32,000 nt of DNA from Bacillus subtilis subsp. subtilis str. 168 (GCF_000009045.1 NC_000964.3:3330001-3362000); one strand, 5' to 3'. Counted from the stretch's first letter, positions 21,049-30,861 are shown. The notes: generated by a model not told the origin, from the sequence alone. Program-made: numbers and translations.

Positions 21049-21086
21049 CATTAGACTATAATGTTATATAACATTATAGTCTAATG
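21049..21086. promoter_or_regulatory. Perfect 38-bp palindrome in the frlB-frlO spacer (internal FrlR operator/attenuating element)
   Basis: CATTAGACTATAATGTTAT|ATAACATTATAGTCTAATG, checked base by base as 19+19 with no mismatch. The flanking bases 21048 and 21087 do not pair. Confidence 0.9.
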
Positions 21087-21109
21087 CATAATGGTTCTTC
21101 ATTTTCAGA

Positions 21110-22096
21110 TCAATACTCAACTTTCCACATGTATCTTCTATGAGATAAAGGATGATTTCTCTCCTCTGCCAGCTCGTCTGCATAGCTTCTCAGCACACGA
21201 TTGAGAACGAGCGGAGCAAGATAGCCTTTAACTGAATCGTCAATTGCAGTGAAGTCGTAAGATGCAGCATCAAGCACAGTGAGCTTTTTGCCATACTTTT
21301 TCGAGAAGGTAAGCGCCCGCTCTTCAAGAGGTCTTGTTTCATCTAAACCGAGCAGGATGATAAACGGCACGGATTCATCAATAATTTCAAACGGTCCGTG
21401 AAAATATTCTCCGGCATGAATGGCGTGGGAATGAATCCATTGCATTTCCATGAGAATGCAGATGCTGTAGGAGTAAGCGACACCGTAGTTTGCACCGCTT
21501 GCCATGGTATAAATAATGCTTTCTTTTTCATGGGCTTTTGCAAATTGCTTGGCGTTGTCAGCTTCCTGCTTAAGGGCTTTTTCATATACAGCCTGCAATT
21601 GATCTAAGCCTTCAATTGCTTGCTCAAATTTCGTATTGTTTTCTAATACTTGCAGGGTTCCAAAAACGATTTGATACAAAACGCCATAGTTTGTATTGAT
21701 CGCAAGCGCCTCATCACCCCAATCGTACTGGGCAACATATTGCGCTTCCTGCGCTAAAGGAGACTCCGGTTTAAACGTCATCGCAATCGTAAGTGCGCCC
21801 TTGCCCCTTGCAAACGCAGCAGCTTTGACTGTCTCCGGGGTATTTCCCGAATGCGAGCACAAAATAACAAGAGACTTTTCACCAAGCTGAACAGGGTTGC
21901 GCTGAATAAATTCGTTGGCGCTGTAGAGATCGGAGTTTATTGATTTTGACTCTCTGTCAAACACATACTTACTCGGATACATAATGGCAGAAGACCCTCC
22001 GCATGCGACAAAGAATACATGATCAATGGTTTTCCCTTTCAAATCCTGCAAGAAAGCTTGAACCTCACGATTTACTTTTGCTGTGGCCTGACTCAA
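21110..22096 (-). CDS. frlB: Fructosamine-6-phosphate deglycase (tandem SIS domains)
   Basis: GlmS-C-like double SIS fold (CGGSS, SHSGNTPET). The TTG at 22096 lies 8 nt after AGGAG and gives 328 aa. The ORF-track GTG at 22105 overlaps the SD itself. Confidence 0.9.
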   Translation of the reverse strand: MSQATAKVNREVQAFLQDLKGKTIDHVFFVACGGSSAIMYPSKYVFDRESKSINSDLYSANEFIQRNPVQLGEKSLVILCSHSGNTPETVKAAAFARGKGALTIAMTFKPESPLAQEAQYVAQYDWGDEALAINTNYGVLYQIVFGTLQVLENNTKFEQAIEGLDQLQAVYEKALKQEADNAKQFAKAHEKESIIYTMASGANYGVAYSYSICILMEMQWIHSHAIHAGEYFHGPFEIIDESVPFIILLGLDETRPLEERALTFSKKYGKKLTVLDAASYDFTAIDDSVKGYLAPLVLNRVLRSYADELAEERNHPLSHRRYMWKVEY

Positions 22097-22116
22097 ATCC
22101 TTCACTCCTCGTTTTT

Positions 22117-22178
22117 ATTATATAACGTTATATAACATTATATATTGTTATATTAAAGTCCGCGGGTAGGATTGTCAA
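22117..22178 (-). promoter_or_regulatory. frlB promoter plus downstream AT-rich operator
   Basis: On the minus strand: -35 TTGACA (22173-22178), 17-nt spacer, -10 TAATAT (22150-22155). Immediately downstream (22117-22154) the dyad-rich sequence contains GTTATATAACATTATA (22127-22142), which is identical to the core of the 38-bp palindrome. Confidence 0.6.
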
Positions 22179-22181
22179 TAT

Positions 22182-22196
22182 TATTTTCTGAAATTT
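22182..22196. promoter_or_regulatory. CodY-box-like motif upstream of the frlB -35
   Basis: TATTTTCTGAAATTT matches AATTTTCWGAAAATT at 13 of 15 positions. Confidence 0.45.
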
Positions 22197-22248
22197 CTCA
22201 ATAATTTATTCGGATGACAGACAAAGGGTCTATATGCGAAAAAATGCC

Positions 22249-22284
22249 CAAATCAAAAGCCAGAACTTGACTTAAGCTCTGGCT
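22249..22284 (-). terminator. Intrinsic terminator of yurQ
   Basis: Minus-strand AGCCAGAGCTT-AAGTC-AAGTTCTGGCT forms an 11-bp stem with one G-U pair and is followed by TTTGATTT. It lies about 28 nt after the yurQ stop. Confidence 0.75.
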
Positions 22285-22311
22285 TCGCTGTTCAATCCGC
22301 AGACTGACGTC

Positions 22312-22686
22312 TTATTTAAAAAATACCTTGTCTATATTGTACTTCGAGTGCTGTGTATTGATGATATATGTTTCGTAAATCTCTCTTTCCATTGGATCAT
22401 CAACTACACATACCTCAATTTTATAAACTTCATCTCTGTGATGTTTGATCGGTGAAACAGTGTCTTCGAAATGCTTCTTAATTCTCTGTCTTAACTTTCT
22501 GGCTTTACCGACAAACAGCAGCTCGTCATGAATGTTGTAAAACATAAAAATGCCGCCTTTGTCCCTTGGGATCTGGTGAAAGTCGATGAATCCGTGAATC
22601 GGTTTTATCTTCGGCTCGTTATCATTAGCTGACTGCTGTCGTTCAGTGATGGTGACATTCGGTGCGGGTATATCAATTTTTATCAA
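22312..22686 (-). CDS. yurQ: Stand-alone GIY-YIG (UvrC N-terminal-like) nuclease-domain protein
   Basis: 124 aa. GIFMFYN...LLFVGKARKLRQRIKKH...EREIYE...N reproduces the GIY / YIG / Arg / Glu / Asn motif order of the GIY-YIG domain. The TTG start is as given in the ORF track and is only moderately certain. Confidence 0.8.
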   Translation of the reverse strand: MIKIDIPAPNVTITERQQSANDNEPKIKPIHGFIDFHQIPRDKGGIFMFYNIHDELLFVGKARKLRQRIKKHFEDTVSPIKHHRDEVYKIEVCVVDDPMEREIYETYIINTQHSKYNIDKVFFK

Positions 22687-22788
22687 AATCAGTTCACGTC
22701 CTCTTTTTCATTAAAGATAAATGCTAACACATACAGAAAAGAAAAGCTAGAACAGCTTTATTATATTTGTTTGTCATGCTCTTACTTA

Positions 22789-23907
22789 TTATGCAAGTGC
22801 TCCGGCTGGATCATAAGGACTAAGGTCTAATTCTGTCTGCTTTCCGAGAACTAGCTTTGCGAGCTCTGCACCCAAAAACGGCCCCATCGTCAGTCCAGAA
22901 GCACCCAAACCGTTTGCAGCGTACAGGCCTTGAACATTCGGCACGGCCCCTACGACCGGCAGAAATCCCGGTGTAAACGGCCTGAAGCCCACTCTTGTTT
23001 CAACAGCAGCCGCATCAGCAAGACCCGGTGCAACGGCTAACGCTTTGCTCAATACTTCGTGCTGGCCTCCGGCTGTCACACGAAGATCATCAAGACCGGC
23101 ATCGTTTTCGTGTGTGGCGCCGGCTACAATTCTGCCGTTATCAAACGACAGAATGTACTGATCACTCGGCGGCATTACAACCGGCCACGATCCTGTATCT
23201 GCATCTGTCATTTCAAAATGCATAATCTGCGCTTTTTGAAATGACACTTGAAAATGAATGCCAAGAGGCTTCAATATCTCATTGGCCCATGCTCCCGCCG
23301 TCACAATGACCGCGTCAGCCGCAAACTGCTTTGTATCTGTTTGCACGCCGGTGACTGTTCCGTTTTCAAAAAGCAAGGACGCATTTCCTTTGATGACCGT
23401 TGCGCCGCGTTTCTCTGCAGCGCTTAAAAGCGACCGGCACAGCGCTCTTCCGTTCACACGGGCGGCACCGCTGATATGAACCGATTCATAGCCGTCAGCT
23501 AAAATCGGAAACAGCTTTTTCGTTTCACTTGCAGACAAGCGGGTAATGTCGCCGATTTCCGGCGCATCCTCCCGTCTCTTATACGCCCTTTCCTCCATTT
23601 TATCGAGTTTAGACGCGTCAGTATGAATGCTGATGGCACCGACACGTTTGTATCCTGTATCCGATTCACCGTCTTTTTCCAATTGATGGATTAAATCCTT
23701 ATAGTACCGCGCTCCCCCCTTAGCAAGCTGGTACCAATCCTGATTACGGCGCTGCGAGAGCCAAGGACAGACGATCCCCGCCGCCGCATCAGTCGCTTGT
23801 CCCGGCTCTTTCCGATCAATGACAGTAACGCGAGCGCCTGTTTTTGCGAGATGATAAGCCGTCGACGCGCCCAGAATCCCTGCGCCGACGATGATGTACG
23901 ATTTCAT
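22789..23907 (-). CDS. yurR: FAD-dependent oxidoreductase (DAO / glycine oxidase-like family)
   Basis: N-terminal dinucleotide fold IIVGAGILGASTAYHLAKTGARVTVID. The ATG at 23907 lies 7 nt after AAGGTG and gives 372 aa. The TTG at 23913 is too close to the SD. Confidence 0.9.
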   Translation of the reverse strand: MKSYIIVGAGILGASTAYHLAKTGARVTVIDRKEPGQATDAAAGIVCPWLSQRRNQDWYQLAKGGARYYKDLIHQLEKDGESDTGYKRVGAISIHTDASKLDKMEERAYKRREDAPEIGDITRLSASETKKLFPILADGYESVHISGAARVNGRALCRSLLSAAEKRGATVIKGNASLLFENGTVTGVQTDTKQFAADAVIVTAGAWANEILKPLGIHFQVSFQKAQIMHFEMTDADTGSWPVVMPPSDQYILSFDNGRIVAGATHENDAGLDDLRVTAGGQHEVLSKALAVAPGLADAAAVETRVGFRPFTPGFLPVVGAVPNVQGLYAANGLGASGLTMGPFLGAELAKLVLGKQTELDLSPYDPAGALA

Positions 23908-24065
23908 ATGCAAACACCTTTTCTATTATAATGTCTATTCATTTTACCAAATCAAATGCTTTCCTTCGACCTTTTGCCCTAATGTGGAAAAACCGCGAAG
24001 TTCGTCCAATCTCTTTACTCTCCTATCGAATATCCTGTCACTATCAATAGAGAAAGGATGATACC

Positions 24066-24212
24066 ATGAGCGAAAATCGTCATGAAAATGAAGAAAACAG
24101 ACGCGATGCGGCAGTGGCAAAAGTCCAAAACAGCGGTAATGCAAAAGTCGTGGTCAGCGTGAACACAGATCAGGATCAGGCACAGGCGCAGTCACAAGAC
24201 GGAGAAGACTAA
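24066..24212 (+). CDS. sspG: Small acid-soluble spore protein G (48 aa)
   Basis: Not in the ORF track because it is under 60 aa. My translation is MSENRHENEENRRDAAVAKVQNSGNAKVVVSVNTDQDQAQAQSQDGED. A GAAAGGATG SD region lies upstream. The TAA overlaps the next ATG (TAATG). Confidence 0.85.
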   Translation: MSENRHENEENRRDAAVAKVQNSGNAKVVVSVNTDQDQAQAQSQDGED

Positions 24213-24487
24213 TGAACGAAAACATCATTCCTCTTAACAGACATACTCAAGAGATACCCACTACTGAATCTGTTATCAAAAACAGCGGCAACTCAGAGGT
24301 CCATATCGACATTCACATTGATACAATGCCAATTGCTTTTGCTATATTATGCTCTGCATTAGCCGCAAAGCAGATGACAAAAGAGGAATTCGATATGGCT
24401 TATACTCAATTGCGAGAGATGAACAGAGAAAATAACAGCAGATCATCTGTAAAGCAAATTATCAATCAAGAGACAGAAGAAGAGTAA
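24212..24487 (+). CDS. yurS: Hypothetical 91-aa protein cotranscribed with sspG
   Basis: The ATG overlaps the sspG stop. There is one central hydrophobic segment (MPIAFAILCSALAA) and an acidic C-terminus. A terminator follows directly. Confidence 0.75.
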   Translation: MNENIIPLNRHTQEIPTTESVIKNSGNSEVHIDIHIDTMPIAFAILCSALAAKQMTKEEFDMAYTQLREMNRENNSRSSVKQIINQETEEE

Positions 24488-24520
24488 AAAACCGCGGCCC
24501 CTCGGCCAGCGGTTTTTCTT
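24486..24520. terminator. Bidirectional terminator between yurS and yurT
   Basis: AAAAACCGC-GGCC-CCTC-GGCC-A-GCGGTTTTT is GC-rich and flanked by an A-run and a T-run, between convergent stops. Confidence 0.8.
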
Positions 24521-24550
24521 CTGCATACAAAAAGGACGCGACTGAATCGG

Positions 24551-24934
24551 TTACTTCTGTACAATTTGAATAAGGTTACCGCATGTATCGTCGAAGACAG
24601 CTATTGTGACTTCGCCCATTTTTGTCGGTTCCGTCGTAAACGTCACGCCTTTTTCCTTTAATCGGTTGTACTCTTTTTGAATATCTGCAACGCCAAACAT
24701 TGTGGCCGGGAGGCCTTCGGAGAATATCTTCTTTTGATACTCCTTGGCGGCAGGATGTTCATTCGGTTCGAGTAAAAGCTCGGTTCCGTCTTGATCATCT
24801 GGAGAAACAAGCGTTATCCACCTGAATTTCCCCATGGGAACGTCTTCCTTTTTTATAAACCCAAGTTTTTCTGTATAAAACTCCAGTGCCATGTCTTGAT
24901 CTTGTACAAATATACTGGTAACAACGATTTTCAT
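24551..24934 (-). CDS. yurT: VOC/glyoxalase-family protein
   Basis: The ATG at 24934 follows GAAGGAGGG and gives 127 aa. It has a beta-alpha-beta-beta-beta VOC pattern (VTSIFVQDQDMALEFYTEKLGF). The 25-codon extension in the ORF track has no SD. Confidence 0.88.
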   Translation of the reverse strand: MKIVVTSIFVQDQDMALEFYTEKLGFIKKEDVPMGKFRWITLVSPDDQDGTELLLEPNEHPAAKEYQKKIFSEGLPATMFGVADIQKEYNRLKEKGVTFTTEPTKMGEVTIAVFDDTCGNLIQIVQK

Positions 24935-25044
24935 ACTGTTTTTCCCTCCTTCGATATGAATGAAGCATGGTACTATGCTAACAATCTGGCTACAAGCAAA
25001 ACAACCCACACATTTATCAGAGGCCCTGTTCTGATTTTATAAAA

Positions 25045-25323
25045 TTATTCTATCCATCCTTTCAGCAAATTTTTAAGCGGTTCGTTGTTGAATATAAGTA
25101 CTCGATATTTTCCCTTTCGTTTTGATGTTACGAGTCCTGCATCCTCCAGTACAGAAAGGTGTTTAGCTATCGCCTGTCGCGTAATAGAAAGGTCGTACTT
25201 TGTAATAAGACGTATCGTAAGTTCATACAACGTCAGCTCGTTGCGTTCAGATAATTCGTCTAATATAAGCCGCCGAGTCGAATCGCCGAGTGCTTTGAAT
25301 ATAGCGTCTTTGTTCCCATTCAT
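25045..25323 (-). CDS. ArsR/SmtB-family winged-helix transcriptional regulator (92 aa)
   Basis: ALGDSTRRLILDEL...LTLYELT...SITRQAIAKHLSVLEDAGLV is the canonical ArsR HTH. No metal-site cysteines are evident. It may be the gene annotated yuzN in strain 168, but I am not certain of that name. Confidence 0.85.
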   Translation of the reverse strand: MNGNKDAIFKALGDSTRRLILDELSERNELTLYELTIRLITKYDLSITRQAIAKHLSVLEDAGLVTSKRKGKYRVLIFNNEPLKNLLKGWIE

Positions 25324-25329
25324 ATATTG

Positions 25330-25381
25330 AGTATAAGCAACCCATTAGTTGCATGTCAAGTATAAGCAACTGTATGGTTGC
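25330..25381 (-). promoter_or_regulatory. Promoter and duplicated operator of the ArsR-family gene
   Basis: On the minus strand: TTGACA (25354-25359), 18-nt spacer, TATACT (25330-25335), 6 nt, then ATG. Two 23-nt direct repeats, AGTATAAGCAAC-N6-GTTGC (25330-25352 and 25359-25381 on the plus strand), each contain the inverted repeat GCAAC-N6-GTTGC. Confidence 0.55.
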
Positions 25382-25472
25382 GTGATATAGAAACTGAACC
25401 TATCCGGCGCAGGTCTGAAATATTCTAATCGATAAGGAATTAAAACCATTAAAATAACAGTGGATATGTCTC

Positions 25473-25512
25473 TGAAAAATAAAAGAAGACGAACTTCAAA
25501 AGTTCGTCTTCT
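25473..25512 (-). terminator. Intrinsic terminator of the suf operon
   Basis: A 12-bp perfect stem, AGAAGACGAACT (25484-25495) with AGTTCGTCTTCT (25501-25512), and a 5-nt loop. A T-rich run follows on the minus strand. It lies about 80 nt after the sufB stop. Confidence 0.8.
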
Positions 25513-25592
25513 ACAATCAAATTCGGCACGCCGGCCATTTTAAAGTTGATAACTATCTCTAAACCCCTTGATAAACAAAGGAGTTTTCATCA

Positions 25593-26990
25593 TTAACCGA
25601 TAGAACCTTCCATTTCGAACTTAATCAAACGGTTCATTTCAACTGCGTATTCCATCGGAAGCTCTTTTGTGAATGGCTCGATAAAGCCCATTACGATCAT
25701 TTCAGTTGCTTCTTCTTCAGAAATACCGCGGCTCATCAAGTAGAAGAGCTGCTCTTCAGATACTTTAGACACTTTCGCTTCGTGCTCCAATGAAATGTTA
25801 TCATTTAAGATTTCATTGTAAGGAATTGTGTCAGAAGTTGATTTGTTATCCATAATGAGCGTATCACACTCGATGTTAGAGCGGGCGCCTTCCGCTTTGC
25901 GTCCGAAGTGGACGATTCCGCGGTACGTTACTTTTCCGCCCTGTTTTGAAATCGATTTTGATACGATTGTAGATGATGTGTTTGGTGCAAGGTGAATCAT
26001 TTTCGCACCTGCATCCTGATGCTGGCCTTTACCCGCAAGAGCGATAGAAAGCGTCATACCGCGCGCGCCTTCGCCTTTTAGGATACAAGCCGGATATTTC
26101 ATTGTCAGCTTAGAACCGATGTTGCCGTCGATCCATTCCATTGTTGCGTTTTCTTCACAGACTGTACGCTTTGTTACAAGGTTGTAAACGTTGTTCGCCC
26201 AGTTTTGGATCGTTGTATAACGGCAGTAGCCGCCTTTTTTCACGATGATCTCAACGACCGCACTGTGAAGTGAGTTTGTTGTGTAAACAGGCGCAGTACA
26301 GCCTTCAACATAATGAACGCTTGCTTCTTCGTCAACAATGATCAGTGTACGTTCGAACTGACCCATGTTCTCAGAGTTGATACGGAAGTAAGCTTGTAGC
26401 GGTGTTTCAACCTTCACGCCTTTAGGCACGTAGATGAAAGAACCGCCGGACCAAACAGCTGAGTTAAGCGCCGCAAACTTGTTATCAGTCGGCGGGATTA
26501 CTTTTGCCCAGTGCTCACGGAAAATATCTTCATTCTCTTTCAGCGCGCTGTCAGTGTCTTTAAAGACGATGCCTTGTGCTTCAAGATCTTCTTTCATGTT
26601 GTGGTATACAACCTCAGATTCGTACTGAGCAGAAACACCCGCAAGGTATTTTTGTTCAGCTTCAGGAATACCGAGCTTGTCGAATGTTTGTTTAATTTCT
26701 TCAGGAACTTCATCCCAAGAACGCTCTGAACGCTCAGACGGTTTTACGTAGTACGTAATTTCGTCAAAGTTCAGTGAGTTTAAATCTCCGCCCCATTGAG
26801 GCATCGGCATATTGTAGAAATGCTCAAGTGATTTCAAGCGGAAGTCAAGCATCCATTGAGGCTCTTCTTTCATGCGAGAAATTTCTTCTACGATTTCTTT
26901 TGTCAATCCGCGCTCTGAACGGAAAATGGAAACGTCCTTGTCGTGAAAACCATACTTGTATTCACCAATATCAGGCATTTTTTTAGCCAT
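25593..26990 (-). CDS. sufB: Fe-S cluster assembly scaffold protein SufB
   Basis: 465 aa and highly conserved SufB sequence throughout. It is paralogous to the SufD encoded upstream. Confidence 0.96.
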
Positions 26991-27010
26991 CCATTTTCAC
27001 TCCAATCCTT

Positions 27011-29977
<2,967 letters not shown>

Positions 29978-29994
29978 ATTAATCCCCCTAACGC

Positions 29995-30780
29995 TTACGC
30001 TTCTTGGCCAACAGTTTCGTCTTCAATGCCAAGTTCTTGTTTGATCCAGTCATAACCTTCTGCTTCAAGACGCTGTGCAAGCTCTGCACCGCCGGATTTT
30101 ACAACGCGGCCTTGCATCATAACGTGAACAACATCCGGAGTGATGTAGTTTAACAGGCGCTGATAGTGAGTGATCATCAGGCAGCCGAAGTTTTCGCTGC
30201 GCATTTTGTTGATCCCTTTTGATACAACTTTCAAAGCGTCAATATCAAGGCCTGAGTCAATTTCATCAAGGATGGCGATTTTCGGTTCAATCATCATTAA
30301 TTGAAGGATTTCGTTGCGTTTTTTCTCCCCGCCTGAGAAGCCTTCGTTAAGATAGCGCTGAGCCATTTCAGGGTCCATTTCAAGGAACTCCATGTTTTCG
30401 TCCATTTTGCGGATGAATTTCATGAGAGAAATTTCATCGCCTTCTTCTCTGCGCGCGTTGATTGCTGAGCGAAGGAAGTCGGCATTTGTCACACCGCTGA
30501 TTTCACTTGGGTACTGCATTGCAAGGAATAAGCCTGCCTGCGCACGCTCGTCCACTTCCATCTCCAGTACATCTTTGCCGTCAAGCGTGATGCTGCCTTT
30601 TGTTACTTCATATTTAGGATGCCCCATAATAGCAGCTGATAAAGTGGATTTACCAGTTCCGTTCGGGCCCATTACTGCGTGGAATTCTCCACCTTTTATT
30701 TCAAGGTTTACACCCTTTAAGATCTCTTTCCCTTCGATTTCAACGTGAAGATCTTTGATCGTTAATGTTGAAGCAGCCAT
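29995..30780 (-). CDS. sufC: Fe-S cluster assembly ATPase SufC
   Basis: 261 aa with Walker A GPNGTGKST, signature FSGGEKKR and Walker B AILDEIDSGLD. SD GGAGG (30788-30792) upstream. Confidence 0.96.
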   Translation of the reverse strand: MAASTLTIKDLHVEIEGKEILKGVNLEIKGGEFHAVMGPNGTGKSTLSAAIMGHPKYEVTKGSITLDGKDVLEMEVDERAQAGLFLAMQYPSEISGVTNADFLRSAINARREEGDEISLMKFIRKMDENMEFLEMDPEMAQRYLNEGFSGGEKKRNEILQLMMIEPKIAILDEIDSGLDIDALKVVSKGINKMRSENFGCLMITHYQRLLNYITPDVVHVMMQGRVVKSGGAELAQRLEAEGYDWIKQELGIEDETVGQEA

Positions 30781-30807
30781 ATCTATACCTCCAAAAATAT
30801 ATAATCA

Positions 30808-30829
30808 TTATTCTCATTTTATTCTCATT
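30808..30829. repeat. Perfect tandem 11-nt direct repeat in the suf leader
   Basis: TTATTCTCATT appears twice back to back (30808-30818 and 30819-30829), reading AATGAGAATAA x2 on the coding strand. It lies between the candidate -10 and the sufC SD. Confidence 0.8.
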
Positions 30830-30832
30830 CTA

Positions 30833-30861
30833 ATTTTATAACAAATGAAAAGTAAATACAA
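30833..30861 (-). promoter_or_regulatory. Candidate sigma-A promoter of sufCDSUB
   Basis: On the minus strand: -35 TTGTAT (30856-30861), 17-nt spacer, -10 TAAAAT (30833-30838). Confidence 0.5.

Noticed and set aside
23944-24144. The 66-aa minus-strand ORF
   Set aside because: It is antisense to the well-supported sspG gene, has no SD, and its sequence is not protein-like.
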